Under the pieces are notes generated by a model, which did no database searches, had not been told where the DNA came from, and saw only the letters and a program-made list of their open reading frames with translations. The position numbers were made by a program, and so were the translations under genes. Below, one piece after another: positions 50,100 to 59,526 of a stretch of 64,000 bases of DNA; position 1 is the stretch's first letter, and every line of letters begins with the position of its first letter. This stretch comes from Patescibacteria group bacterium (GTDB taxonomy: Bacteria; Patescibacteriota; Minisyncoccia; Phycocordibacterales; UBA918): NCBI GenBank assembly GCA_019745315.1, contig JAIETH010000002.1, forward strand, positions 32,654-96,653, given 5' to 3'.

Positions 50100-50144
50100 C
50101 AGTAGCCTCCCATACCCAACCCCGTCATGGAATTGGATCGTATT

Positions 50145-50173
50145 TTTATACTTCTATAAGCTCCAAGTGTCAA
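50145..50173 (-). promoter_or_regulatory. Near-consensus sigma70 promoter TTGACA-N17-TATAAA upstream of the small basic protein gene.
   Basis: Read directly on the minus strand. Confidence 0.45.
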
Positions 50174-50207
50174 TGGTACGTACGTGCGTATATCTCACCT
50201 ATATCAA

Positions 50208-50247
50208 AAACACGCAATGAGCACCTGGACTCATTGCGTGTTTTTAA
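50208..50247. terminator. Intrinsic terminator after glyA (aaaaacacgcaatgag-cacctgga-ctcattgcgtgttttt).
   Basis: Read directly from the sequence. Confidence 0.65.
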
Positions 50248-50259
50248 ATAATTACTTAG

Positions 50260-51558
50260 CTAGTTAATGAAAGAATCTGGAACTGGATGCGCAAGACAAA
50301 TTTCTTTGATCTCACTTTTTATCTCTGCTTTTTTATTCGCATCATCTTTATTTCGAAGTGTTTCTATCATCAATTCCGCAACACGTGTCGCTTCTTTTTC
50401 TTTCATATTACGCGTTGTCATCGCAGGAGTTCCAAAGCGAATTCCAGAGGGATCCATAGGACTGCGTGTATCGTCTGCTATTGAATTCATATTGAGCGAA
50501 AGCCCTACTTCGTCAAGCACTGCCTGAGACTCTTTCCCTCCTACACCAAGAGATCCATACACATCTGCAAGAATTAAATGATTTGAAGTTCCTCCACCAA
50601 TCATACGCACCCCCTCTCTGCGGAACACGTCTTCCATTGCTTTTGCGTTTTTAAGAATCTGTTGTGTGTATTTCTGGAATTGTGGGGTTGCTGCCTCCTT
50701 AAACGCAATCGCCTTACCTGCAATCAAGTGCATGTGAGGACCACCTTGGAGCCCTGGGAATACCGACTTATCAATCTTTTTGGCATACTCTTCATTTTCG
50801 CGCGTCAAAATCATACCTCCGCGTGGCCCCCGGAGCGTCTTGTGAGTGGTGGTGGTAATAACATCGAAGCCATCATCAAATGGGTTACGAGCAACCTTAC
50901 CCGCAATCAAGCCTGCAATGTGTGCCATGTCAGCCACTGTGATAGCTCCCACCTCTCGTGCAATTTCTACAAATTTTGCATACTCAAGCTCTCGACTATA
51001 GGCAGAGAAACCAACTAAAATCATTTTTGGCTTCTCACGAAGCGCTGTGGCGCGAAGCTCATCAAAATCAATCTCACCCGTTTCTATATTCTTCATCTTG
51101 TATCGCACAAAACGGAAAATTTTTGCAAGCGCTGTAACTGGATGTCCATGCGTTAAGTGTCCTCCGTGCGAAAGATCCATACCCAATATAGTGTCTCCTG
51201 GCTCAAGGAGCGCGAAGTACATAGCAACATTTGCCGGAGCCCCCGAAAGCGGCTGCACATTTGCATATTCACAATTAAAAAGAGTCTTGGCGCGCGCTAT
51301 CGCAATGCGCTCAACAGCATCGGTAAAATCCTGACCGCCATAGTAGCGCTTCCCTGGATATCCTTCTGAATACTTATTCGTGAACACCGAACCATTTGCT
51401 TCCCGCACCGCGCGAGACACATAGTTTTCACTCGGCACCAATTCAAGACCCTCCTCTTCTCGACGCTCTTCTCCAATAAGGGTATTGAAAACTTCAATAT
51501 CTTCTTTTTCTATCCACGGATAGAGCGACTCTTTTAATTCATGTTCAGACATACGCAT
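50260..51558 (-). CDS. glyA: Serine hydroxymethyltransferase.
   Basis: The PLP site TTTTHKTLRGPRGG and overall SHMT similarity. Confidence 0.9.
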   Translation of the reverse strand: MRMSEHELKESLYPWIEKEDIEVFNTLIGEERREEEGLELVPSENYVSRAVREANGSVFTNKYSEGYPGKRYYGGQDFTDAVERIAIARAKTLFNCEYANVQPLSGAPANVAMYFALLEPGDTILGMDLSHGGHLTHGHPVTALAKIFRFVRYKMKNIETGEIDFDELRATALREKPKMILVGFSAYSRELEYAKFVEIAREVGAITVADMAHIAGLIAGKVARNPFDDGFDVITTTTHKTLRGPRGGMILTRENEEYAKKIDKSVFPGLQGGPHMHLIAGKAIAFKEAATPQFQKYTQQILKNAKAMEDVFRREGVRMIGGGTSNHLILADVYGSLGVGGKESQAVLDEVGLSLNMNSIADDTRSPMDPSGIRFGTPAMTTRNMKEKEATRVAELMIETLRNKDDANKKAEIKSEIKEICLAHPVPDSFIN

Positions 51559-51626
51559 ATAGTTACATTAATAAAACTTTTGTAGCGTACGTCAGATCAT
51601 AGTTTTATAAAAATTACTTTTTTAAA

Positions 51627-51956
51627 TTATCGAACATCTCCATTGCCAACAATCGCCCCACGCTCTTTTCGTGACGCAAGCTTTTCTATATTTTCCTGCG
51701 CAAGCACACCAAGATCAAGCTTGAGTTCAGTTGCGAGACATGCGAGATACCACAATACATCTCCCATCTCAGCACCAACGGTTGCGCGTACTTCGTCAGT
51801 TATAACTCCACCATAGTCTCGTTCAATTTTTTTGACTTTGTTTGCAACTTCTCCCGCTTCACCCGCAAGTCCTAAGGTTGGATACAAATAATTACTGCCT
51901 GCATTTGGATGCATTGCAGTTGTCCATGCCTGCTTCTGATATTCGCTAAAATTCAT
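51627..51956 (-). CDS. MazG-like nucleoside triphosphate pyrophosphohydrolase.
   Basis: The EAGEVANKV...EMGDVLWYL all-alpha NTP-PPase motifs. Confidence 0.65.
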   Translation of the reverse strand: MNFSEYQKQAWTTAMHPNAGSNYLYPTLGLAGEAGEVANKVKKIERDYGGVITDEVRATVGAEMGDVLWYLACLATELKLDLGVLAQENIEKLASRKERGAIVGNGDVR

Positions 51957-52018
51957 ACAAATCTATAGTGTGACACCATTCTACCATGATGTATTTATTT
52001 GGAGAAAACGACGTTCGA

Positions 52019-53530
52019 TCACGCAAAACCAGGGAAAAAGTCCGTACGAATATTGGAGGTTGGCACCCCACTCTTCTGTAGTATCCCTTCAAATGCAGTA
52101 ACCATCCCATGAGAACCTGAGATATAAAATACTCTTTCTTTCAGATCTCCGACCTCTCGTCTCAAGATATCTTCTGTCAGAAATCCCTTATACCCCGACC
52201 ACTGCGAAGAAGCTTCATTTACCACATACACCATCCGAATACCGAGCCCTCTCGCCTCCTCAAAAAGCTCCTTGTATGCAATTTCGTCCTCGCTTCTATT
52301 TGCATAGAAAAATACAATATCCCGGCGCTCTCCTGTATCTAAAAGACACTTGACCATGCTTCGAAATGGAGTGACTCCAATTCCTCCTGCAATAAAGACG
52401 AGTTTTTTCTGTGTATCGGCTGGTAGGACAAAATCCCCCGCTAAACTTGATGCCGCAACAATATCACCCTGCCCTAATTCCATAAGCGCTTTTTTAAAGC
52501 TACTTGATCTGGTCTCCTCAATACGCACTCCGAGTCGAATATCGTCTTCTGTTGGAGACGATGCAATAGTGAAGTAACGGCGCATACCACGCTGATCCGC
52601 ATTTTTATGAGGGAGTGTCCATTCGAAATATTGCCCGGGCGAAAAAGATACTTTTTCGTTGGTAGAAAATACAAACTCAAAAAGATTTTTAGCAAGCTTT
52701 GTTTTTTCTTTTAAAAGTAATTTTAATCGATACTTTGGACTTACAGCATAGGCATATATGTTCCCCACAAAGAGCGCAATTTCAGGAGAAGAATAGAGCG
52801 TCCCAAAAGAAAACTGAGAACCAAAGAGAAGTCCGACCAGTGCTCCATACACAATCTGATGCGTACGTCCCGGAGGTGTCGTCAAAGGCTCAGTCAACAT
52901 GATACTCGCAAAAAACAGCGCTGGCCCTGAAAGGAAAAAAGTAAGTGCTATATCTGAAAGTGTAAATTCGTTATATATACCAAATGTAATACTGGTAACG
53001 AGAGCTGTCCCTAAAAATACCGCCGGAAGCGCGTACCTTCGAAGCTTGCGTACCACCAAAAGTCCAAATGCGAGAACTACGGGAAACAATGCCGCACTCC
53101 CAATCCACCATATTGCTTCGCCACTTCCAAAAAGAGCAAGAGCAACTAATCCAAATACCGCAGGATTAATGAGATGCTTATGCTTATATGCCACCACATA
53201 TTTTGATGCAATGGCGAGAGCTGCTGCTGCCGCAAGTAACATATATTCAGTAGCGGTTTGAGCCGGAAATAAAATAAAGAACAGTATAAATGCAGTTATA
53301 AACGAAGACTCGCTATTGCTTGGAGCATGAAATAATCTCGAACATACTTCGTTAACAATCACTGACACGACAAGAAGTACGATGAGGGAGGTGACAAGTG
53401 GTACCAGTCCAAACGAAAGAAAGCCTAACGCCGACAAAACGCAGGCATGGACGAGAAGTGCTACAAGACCATACAACACCAGTCGGTACATGGTGATCCT
53501 GTTAAGAAAAGCATCAATGAATGTAATCAT
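52019..53530 (-). CDS. Polytopic membrane protein fused to a C-terminal ferredoxin-NADP-reductase-like FAD/NAD(P)-binding domain.
   Basis: About 8 N-terminal TM helices. The C-terminus carries RRYFTIAS (RxYS FAD motif) and GGIGVTP (NAD(P) motif). Confidence 0.6.
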   Translation of the reverse strand: MITFIDAFLNRITMYRLVLYGLVALLVHACVLSALGFLSFGLVPLVTSLIVLLVVSVIVNEVCSRLFHAPSNSESSFITAFILFFILFPAQTATEYMLLAAAAALAIASKYVVAYKHKHLINPAVFGLVALALFGSGEAIWWIGSAALFPVVLAFGLLVVRKLRRYALPAVFLGTALVTSITFGIYNEFTLSDIALTFFLSGPALFFASIMLTEPLTTPPGRTHQIVYGALVGLLFGSQFSFGTLYSSPEIALFVGNIYAYAVSPKYRLKLLLKEKTKLAKNLFEFVFSTNEKVSFSPGQYFEWTLPHKNADQRGMRRYFTIASSPTEDDIRLGVRIEETRSSSFKKALMELGQGDIVAASSLAGDFVLPADTQKKLVFIAGGIGVTPFRSMVKCLLDTGERRDIVFFYANRSEDEIAYKELFEEARGLGIRMVYVVNEASSQWSGYKGFLTEDILRREVGDLKERVFYISGSHGMVTAFEGILQKSGVPTSNIRTDFFPGFA

Positions 53531-53574
53531 TGGAGTATTCTACCAGATCCTTTTTGTTCCATTAAAATACAGCA

Positions 53575-54456
53575 TCATCCTGCGCTAAAAAATTCTCCAG
53601 GAAATTGTGGTGAGTATCTCATGTTCATACCATCCTCCAGAAGGGCCCATTCGAAAGAAAAATGTTGACTCAGTGTCTCGGGAGAGACAAAAAATAATGC
53701 CGTGGTGAGCATATCTGCAAGAAATGTTGTGTCAGCAACAACCCACACAGCTACAATGTGTTTTGGAGAAAGGAGTAATACAGGGTCAATAATATGGTGA
53801 AAGTCTCCCCATGACCTTCGCGATCCAGCTGAACCGCAGATACTTTTGTTTACAATATGGGCTACACCCACCACCTCGGTGAGATTAAGAGGGTTTTCTA
53901 GCCCTACCTTGAGAGGTGTTGATTCACTAGAGCGCACTCGTATATCACCCCCGGCGTCAACCACATATGACGCAACGCCATAATCCTCGATCACCGCACT
54001 AACCAAATCTATGAGATGTCCTTTTCCAGCCGCACCAACATCAATCATAGTGGGTCTGTGAACGGTAAGCACGCTGTCTTTATACGAAAGAACTTCATCC
54101 CATAGATATGCAGGAGTTAACGGTTCTTTTTGTGTAAGAGAATACTCAGCATCGTAGCCCGCTGCCACAAGCACGTCCCCTATTAAAGGAGTGACCTTAC
54201 CTTCTGTGATGTCATATATTTTTTTATACAACGAAAACAACTCTTCTGAATCCTGAGGAAGTACGTAACTACCCGCCTCTTTTGAAGCATGAGTAACAAT
54301 AGAGTCAGGCCGAAAACGAGAGTATGCTCGATCGTATGCACTAATACGAGCACAAATTTTTTCTAATAAAGAATCTTCGTGCTCTACGGAAAGGCTGTCG
54401 CGTATATCAATACGCCACTTCGTTCCTATCGCATCAAAGGCGAATGATGCTGCCAT
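53575..54456 (-). CDS. apbE: FAD:protein FMN transferase (ApbE family).
   Basis: ApbE-like length and motifs (DAIGTKWRIDI, LIDLVSAVIEDYGV...VDAGGDIRV). Confidence 0.7.
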   Translation of the reverse strand: MAASFAFDAIGTKWRIDIRDSLSVEHEDSLLEKICARISAYDRAYSRFRPDSIVTHASKEAGSYVLPQDSEELFSLYKKIYDITEGKVTPLIGDVLVAAGYDAEYSLTQKEPLTPAYLWDEVLSYKDSVLTVHRPTMIDVGAAGKGHLIDLVSAVIEDYGVASYVVDAGGDIRVRSSESTPLKVGLENPLNLTEVVGVAHIVNKSICGSAGSRRSWGDFHHIIDPVLLLSPKHIVAVWVVADTTFLADMLTTALFFVSPETLSQHFSFEWALLEDGMNMRYSPQFPGEFFSAG

Positions 54457-54461
54457 ACAGC

Positions 54462-55013
54462 TTACGCTTTTGCGTCTGCTTGGATTTTCAATACTGCATC
54501 GTTAAACCCTTTTGGTGTAAGAGACGATCCAGAAACCTTATCAAGAGAAACTTCAGAGAGCTTTTTCCCTACAACCTGTACTCCAAAGCCAGCAACAAAC
54601 TGTGTCTGAAACTTCTGAGACGCTGCATTCGTTGCCAACACCTCACCTGTCGCTGCAACGATTACATCATCCTTAATAGTAAGAGTAATACCAACTGTTT
54701 CTTTTCCAGCAGGAGATGTATACGCACCCTGTGTCGTATACATACCGTCCTTAAACACAGACGCCTTTACAGTAGCTGTTTCAACCTGCTCTTTGGTAAC
54801 AGGTGTCGGTGTCGGCTGTGGACTGGTTGGAGCTGTAGAATCATTTTCTTTTGTAGAAGTGGTTGGAGTCGAGGTCGATGCTGTAATAGGAGCATCGACC
54901 TTTTTAAAGTATGCAAAGCCACCCACTGCAACAATCAGAGCTGCGGCGAGCGCCAGACCAAAAAACTTTGTATTCGAAGGAGTACCTGATACTGATGTAT
55001 TTTTTTCATCCAT
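54462..55013 (-). CDS. Membrane-anchored FMN-binding domain protein, a likely ApbE flavinylation substrate.
   Basis: N-terminal TM, a Thr/Pro-rich linker, and an FMN_bind-like domain with a DKVSGSSLT flavinylation-type motif. Confidence 0.55.
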   Translation of the reverse strand: MDEKNTSVSGTPSNTKFFGLALAAALIVAVGGFAYFKKVDAPITASTSTPTTSTKENDSTAPTSPQPTPTPVTKEQVETATVKASVFKDGMYTTQGAYTSPAGKETVGITLTIKDDVIVAATGEVLATNAASQKFQTQFVAGFGVQVVGKKLSEVSLDKVSGSSLTPKGFNDAVLKIQADAKA

Positions 55014-55092
55014 ATATTTATATTGTTATTACAATGCCTGTTTCATCTTCATTTTTAATACGCCCTATCACCAGCAAAATTTCACAGACAAA

Positions 55093-55296
55093 CTATATCA
55101 GACCCTCGAGAGATGCGGTATAGCTACTGAGAAATGCGGGAAGCGCAAAGACAAGGCCTATCGCTGGCAATACTACGAGAGCCACTGTTACCCACATAAC
55201 AACAAGAAAGTACTTTCGTGTTTTTTCAACAGACTCATAGATGGCCTCTATTTTTGCTTCCTGTGCTTTTAGTCTCTCTAAGATTTCATTTTCCAT
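55093..55296 (-). CDS. Small membrane protein of 67 aa.
   Basis: An ORF with a coiled N-terminus and one TM helix. Confidence 0.3.
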   Translation of the reverse strand: MENEILERLKAQEAKIEAIYESVEKTRKYFLVVMWVTVALVVLPAIGLVFALPAFLSSYTASLEGLI

Positions 55297-55310
55297 ATAC
55301 CCTCACAAAG

Positions 55311-56012
55311 TTAGTGTTTTTCTAAACCTTCAAGCAGTTCTTTGGTTGTGCGCAATAATTCTTCTTCATACATCGGGAGCTTAAACGAGTGATCTGCGCC
55401 TTCTATAACCCTCAATACACCTCCGGTCGCAGAAGCAATAATTTTTTCTGAGTTAGCAAGCGGAATCACTGAATCAGTAGTTCCGTGGATAATGGCAATG
55501 AGAGCATCGTCTGTTTGTATATCCTCAAAGCTCATTTGAATATCGAGGAGATTTTTTATTTCTTTGAGCTGTGTAGTAAGAAGAGACGAGATATTTTCCT
55601 TTTCACTCACCCCAATTGCAGGGGCCCACATGATTTTTCCAGTAATGTGCGGATGCTCATATGCGAGAACCAAACCTCCACCAAAGCTTTTTCCAATAAG
55701 CACTATTTCTTCAAAGCCATTGTGGAGCAAGTATTCTACTGACGCCTCCATTTCTGAGTAGAGCTGTTTCAATGTCTTGGTCTGCACATCCGCCTCCCCC
55801 TCCCATGCGTGCATACGTACAGACGTATGACCCAGACCAGTTATTATCTGGGCCAAAGGAGCAAACCGATCACTCAACGCTCCACCACTAATACCAGGCA
55901 GAAATAGAACAGCTACATCACCTGCAAACTCTCCTTGTTCCAGTAAAAGGGTCGAACTCCCAACACTAATCTCTTTTCTCATGTTCGTAGTATACCAAGG
56001 AGTATCGCTCAA
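55311..56012 (-). CDS. Alpha/beta hydrolase fold protein.
   Basis: The GKSFGGG nucleophile elbow and a downstream His. Confidence 0.6.
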   Translation of the reverse strand: MSDTPWYTTNMRKEISVGSSTLLLEQGEFAGDVAVLFLPGISGGALSDRFAPLAQIITGLGHTSVRMHAWEGEADVQTKTLKQLYSEMEASVEYLLHNGFEEIVLIGKSFGGGLVLAYEHPHITGKIMWAPAIGVSEKENISSLLTTQLKEIKNLLDIQMSFEDIQTDDALIAIIHGTTDSVIPLANSEKIIASATGGVLRVIEGADHSFKLPMYEEELLRTTKELLEGLEKH

Positions 56013-56046
56013 AGTGATATTGGCAGAGCAATTTCTCTAGGGTATT

Positions 56047-56940
56047 ATGAAGCCAATGAAACCCTACACAGAGCGAACTCCTGACGAACAGTACAAAAAT
56101 CTTCTCCGAAGCATTCTCGAAAAAGGCACCCGTGTAGAAAGTCAGCAGGGTCCTGACGCACTCACCTTCATAGGACCAACCCCACTTCATTTCAAATTTG
56201 AAAATGGTTTTCCCATGATCACTGAGCGGAGCGTAAAAGGGTTTTGGAAACAAGCTATTGGAGAAATTTGTGGCTTCATAAACGGAGCTCGAACACTCAC
56301 AGAACTTGAATCATTTGGATGTAATTTCTGGACACCGTGGGGCACTCCCGAAAAATGTGCGAAGCGCGGACTTGAAACAGGAGACCTTGGACCCGGCTCA
56401 TACGGAGCTGCTTTTCATGACTTCCCTACAAGTGAAGGCGTTCCATACAATCAATTTCAAAACATTATCGAGCAAATAAAAGAATTTCCTCATTTGCGCA
56501 CACACTTTATTTCTCCGTGGATTCCACAATATACAATTCGAGGCACTGGTAAACAGCAAAAAGTAGTGGTCTGTCCGTGTCACGGCTGGATTCATATTCG
56601 AATACTCAACAACAAGTTGACGCTCCACATGTTTCAGAGATCAGCCGACGTTCCCGTAGGTGTTCCTTCAAATATGATTCAGTACGCAGCATTAACCATG
56701 ATGATTGCGCAAGCAACAGGATTTGAGGCATACGAATATGTACACAGTTTTTCTGATGCGCATATTTATGTAGACCAAATACCTATGGTTGAAGAATTGA
56801 TTGCACGAGAAACAAAACCGTTCCCTACCGTAACATTAACAAATCCAACAAACGATCTTTTTGCATTCCGCAAAGATGATTTTGAACTTGCCGACTATAC
56901 TGCAGGAGAATCGATGCGAGGAATACCCGTCGCTGTATAA
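56047..56940 (+). CDS. thyA: Thymidylate synthase.
   Basis: ThyA signatures, including the PCH catalytic cysteine region. Confidence 0.85.
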   Translation: MKPMKPYTERTPDEQYKNLLRSILEKGTRVESQQGPDALTFIGPTPLHFKFENGFPMITERSVKGFWKQAIGEICGFINGARTLTELESFGCNFWTPWGTPEKCAKRGLETGDLGPGSYGAAFHDFPTSEGVPYNQFQNIIEQIKEFPHLRTHFISPWIPQYTIRGTGKQQKVVVCPCHGWIHIRILNNKLTLHMFQRSADVPVGVPSNMIQYAALTMMIAQATGFEAYEYVHSFSDAHIYVDQIPMVEELIARETKPFPTVTLTNPTNDLFAFRKDDFELADYTAGESMRGIPVAV

Positions 56941-56944
56941 AAAT

Positions 56945-57397
56945 ATGCCTCACGAATCTAAAGTTGGTCTTAACCACAGAAACGCTCGAACCGAGGAACA
57001 AAAAGCTCTCATGGCAAAGATAGAAGCTGACGGTGTATGTCCTTTTTGTGCAGAGCATTTTAAAAAATATCATCCCAAGCCCATTCTGCGAGAAACTGAC
57101 TATTGGTTTGTTACAACAAATATGAGTCCGTATGAAGGAACGCAGCATCATTTCCTGCTCGTATATAAGCCATTCCACGCAACCCTTCCCGAACAAGTTG
57201 TCAGAGAAGCACAAACAGATCTTTTTGCATCCATTGAATGGATAATGAAAACACACCACATTATGGGAGGATCTTTTTTTATGCGCTTCGGTGATATGAA
57301 ATACACCGGCAGCAGTGTGGAGCATCTTCATGCACACCTCATCGTAGGCGACGTTGATGCGCCAGACCATCAACCTGTAAAAGTACGTCTTGGCTAA
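56945..57397 (+). CDS. HIT-family protein with an N-terminal CPFC motif.
   Basis: Histidine triad HLHAHLI. The start was chosen at MPHESK. Confidence 0.55.
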   Translation: MPHESKVGLNHRNARTEEQKALMAKIEADGVCPFCAEHFKKYHPKPILRETDYWFVTTNMSPYEGTQHHFLLVYKPFHATLPEQVVREAQTDLFASIEWIMKTHHIMGGSFFMRFGDMKYTGSSVEHLHAHLIVGDVDAPDHQPVKVRLG

Positions 57398-57476
57398 ACC
57401 TTAACAGGTTTTTTAAAAGGTTGACTTTTTTTGTTTTTTATTGCACTCTCAATCTTGGATTCAAAAGGAGGACCCG

Positions 57477-58019
57477 ATGCCCGCATGTGACGCCCCCACC
57501 CTGCTCACCCCCGAACAACTGTTCTGCCTCTGCGGATGCCGCAGCTATAAGCAGTACTACGAGATGCGGAAAGGCTTCGAGTCTGGAGCTTGTGCTTTCT
57601 GCCAGATCGACAAGGGGCTCAACCAAGTGCTTTTCGAGAACGATTTTTGGCTGATCTGGGAGGTTCCCTCGCAATTTCTGCGTAAGGAACTTGCCCTCCA
57701 TCTGATGATCGTCCCGAAGCAACACGTTCGGTTCCCTTGGGAACTTCCTGCAGAAGCTACGCGCGCGAAGTACGCGTGCTGGGAGTGGATCGAGGAACAC
57801 TACGCTGACCGGATCGAGGGCGGCATAATTGCTACCCGCATTGGAGACATGCGGCTCAATGCCGGCACGGTGCCGCACATGCACACCAACGTGTATGTGC
57901 CGAAGGGTACCGCTGAATTTCGGATTCCTGTTTTTAAGGATCCGAGTGACGCCGCGGAGAACGCTCTGCGTGCCGCAGAATTTTCGACACGATACGAAGC
58001 AGGTGAAGTGCCCGCCTAA
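57477..58019 (+). CDS. HIT-like paralog of the preceding gene, encoded in a GC-rich cassette of about 57% GC.
   Basis: Shares the CAFC, RIGDM and PHMHTNV pattern with the 56945-57397 product. It has a perfect AGGAGG Shine-Dalgarno motif 5 nt upstream of its ATG and its own downstream terminator. Confidence 0.55.
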   Translation: MPACDAPTLLTPEQLFCLCGCRSYKQYYEMRKGFESGACAFCQIDKGLNQVLFENDFWLIWEVPSQFLRKELALHLMIVPKQHVRFPWELPAEATRAKYACWEWIEEHYADRIEGGIIATRIGDMRLNAGTVPHMHTNVYVPKGTAEFRIPVFKDPSDAAENALRAAEFSTRYEAGEVPA

Positions 58020-58034
58020 CGCGAGGCACATCTG

Positions 58035-58062
58035 GACAGGATTACTCCTGTCCTTTTTTTAT
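58035..58062. terminator. Intrinsic terminator (ggacaggattactcctgtcc followed by T7).
   Basis: Read directly from the sequence. Confidence 0.6.
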
Positions 58063-58914
58063 ATCAACAAAAACAAGTTCTACTCCTGCCTCTTTCAAAA
58101 ACACATCTCCCTCTAAGACTGCATATCCTTTACTAAACAGAACTTTTTTAATTCCCGCTTTTACGATAAGGCGCGCGCAGTATGGACATGGAAAATCTGT
58201 GACATAGAGCTCGGCTCCTTCAGTCGACACCCCTCTCCGAGCCGCCTCCCCGATAGCTGCCACCTCCGCATGTGCTGAAGTTACATAATTAATATGTACT
58301 CCTTTTTTAAATAACGCACGTGTATCCCCGAGTATATTTGGCATCTGCGCTTCTGGCATATGCTCATTATGCGTAACCACAATAACCTCGCCATCCTTTA
58401 CAAGTGCAGCACCAACCTGACGCCACCAATCAAAGCTCTTTGTTGATTCAGAAATAACTTCCCCGAATATTTTTTGCTCAAGATCTGAAAGTTGAACCGT
58501 TTCTTGATGAAGTGGAACAACATCTTCCCCTATATTGTCTTTATTCCATCGCAAGAAAATATCACAGTACTCTATATTCTTTTGAGGAAAATATGTCGTA
58601 GCAATAAAATGACTTATGTCTTCGTTTGGCATCATAATACCAACCTCTTCTTTTTGAAGCTCTTCTATGGTTTTAGAATCCAAGATCTCCATCCTAAACG
58701 AGCGCATGCTCGATATAGCAGCCACAATGGAAGCGCTCGGCAACGCACGAATTCGATCTTTTCGATTAATATAATCGAGCTCGGTGTGTGATTCTAAGAC
58801 TTCATCTGAAACTATGTAGAGCTCTGCAACTCCTTGCTTTGAGAGTTCATTAAAAAAATCGATATACCCTTTGTGGAGTACGGGTACATATGCGACACCA
58901 ACAATCCTGCTCAT
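58042..58914 (-). CDS. Deoxycytidylate/cytidine deaminase-family protein with an N-terminal extension of about 170 aa.
   Basis: The C-terminal HAEVAAI...PCPYCARLI zinc-binding CDA fold motifs. The N-terminal domain is of unknown function. Confidence 0.6.
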   Translation of the reverse strand: MSRIVGVAYVPVLHKGYIDFFNELSKQGVAELYIVSDEVLESHTELDYINRKDRIRALPSASIVAAISSMRSFRMEILDSKTIEELQKEEVGIMMPNEDISHFIATTYFPQKNIEYCDIFLRWNKDNIGEDVVPLHQETVQLSDLEQKIFGEVISESTKSFDWWRQVGAALVKDGEVIVVTHNEHMPEAQMPNILGDTRALFKKGVHINYVTSAHAEVAAIGEAARRGVSTEGAELYVTDFPCPYCARLIVKAGIKKVLFSKGYAVLEGDVFLKEAGVELVFVDIKKGQE

Positions 58915-59441
58915 GAGCCGTCTTTACTAATTTGTATCAAACGTATTTTTGCACTTGTTGAAGTAGACGATTGAGGTTCAAGTACTATGATTTCCCCACA
59001 ATACTCGCGCTTATCATCAACCTCTTCATCATCATGCTTCGTAGATTTTGACACTACTAAAATATCGGGTCGTACAAGTTTAATGAGGTGATTTTTTGGA
59101 TCAGATGCTTTTTTAAGTGTCAGCACATCAGCATGTCGCACGTGTGAAATAATAGCTACTCGCTCATCTTCTGGAACGATTGGTCTCCCTGGACCTTTTC
59201 GCTCCCTCACCTTTTCATCACTATCAACTCCCACAATAAGTAAATCTCCGAGACTCTTTGCTTTTTCAAGATACTGAGCATGACCCACATGAAAGAGATC
59301 GAATGTTCCTGAGGTAAGGACGATACGGAGTCCGAGCTTTTTCCAGTAGACCACAAGCTCTGCGAGACGATCATGATCAGCGATAAAGCGGTGTTCAAAG
59401 CTTGTAGTATCTCCAAAAATTCCTGTATTAATTGCCATATG
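58911..59441 (-). CDS. Cytidylyltransferase-family nucleotidyltransferase (TagD/RfaE domain II-like).
   Basis: The TSGTFDLFHVGH (HxGH) motif and a TagD-like length. The start was chosen at MAINTG. Confidence 0.6.
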   Translation of the reverse strand, partial: HMAINTGIFGDTTSFEHRFIADHDRLAELVVYWKKLGLRIVLTSGTFDLFHVGHAQYLEKAKSLGDLLIVGVDSDEKVRERKGPGRPIVPEDERVAIISHVRHADVLTLKKASDPKNHLIKLVRPDILVVSKSTKHDDEEVDDKREYCGEIIVLEPQSSTSTSAKIRLIQISKDGS

Positions 59442-59526
59442 CGTTTTTATAGGAGCAGTATAGCGTGAATTATTTTGATTCAGAAGCCAGGACAAAGACA
59501 GATCATTGTGTCATAATCATTCCTAT

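Noticed and set aside
49978-50220. Plus-strand 80-aa ORF listed in the track.
   Set aside because: It has no protein-like composition and no promoter or SD. The opposite strand encodes a well-framed 41-aa basic protein with promoter, SD and terminator.
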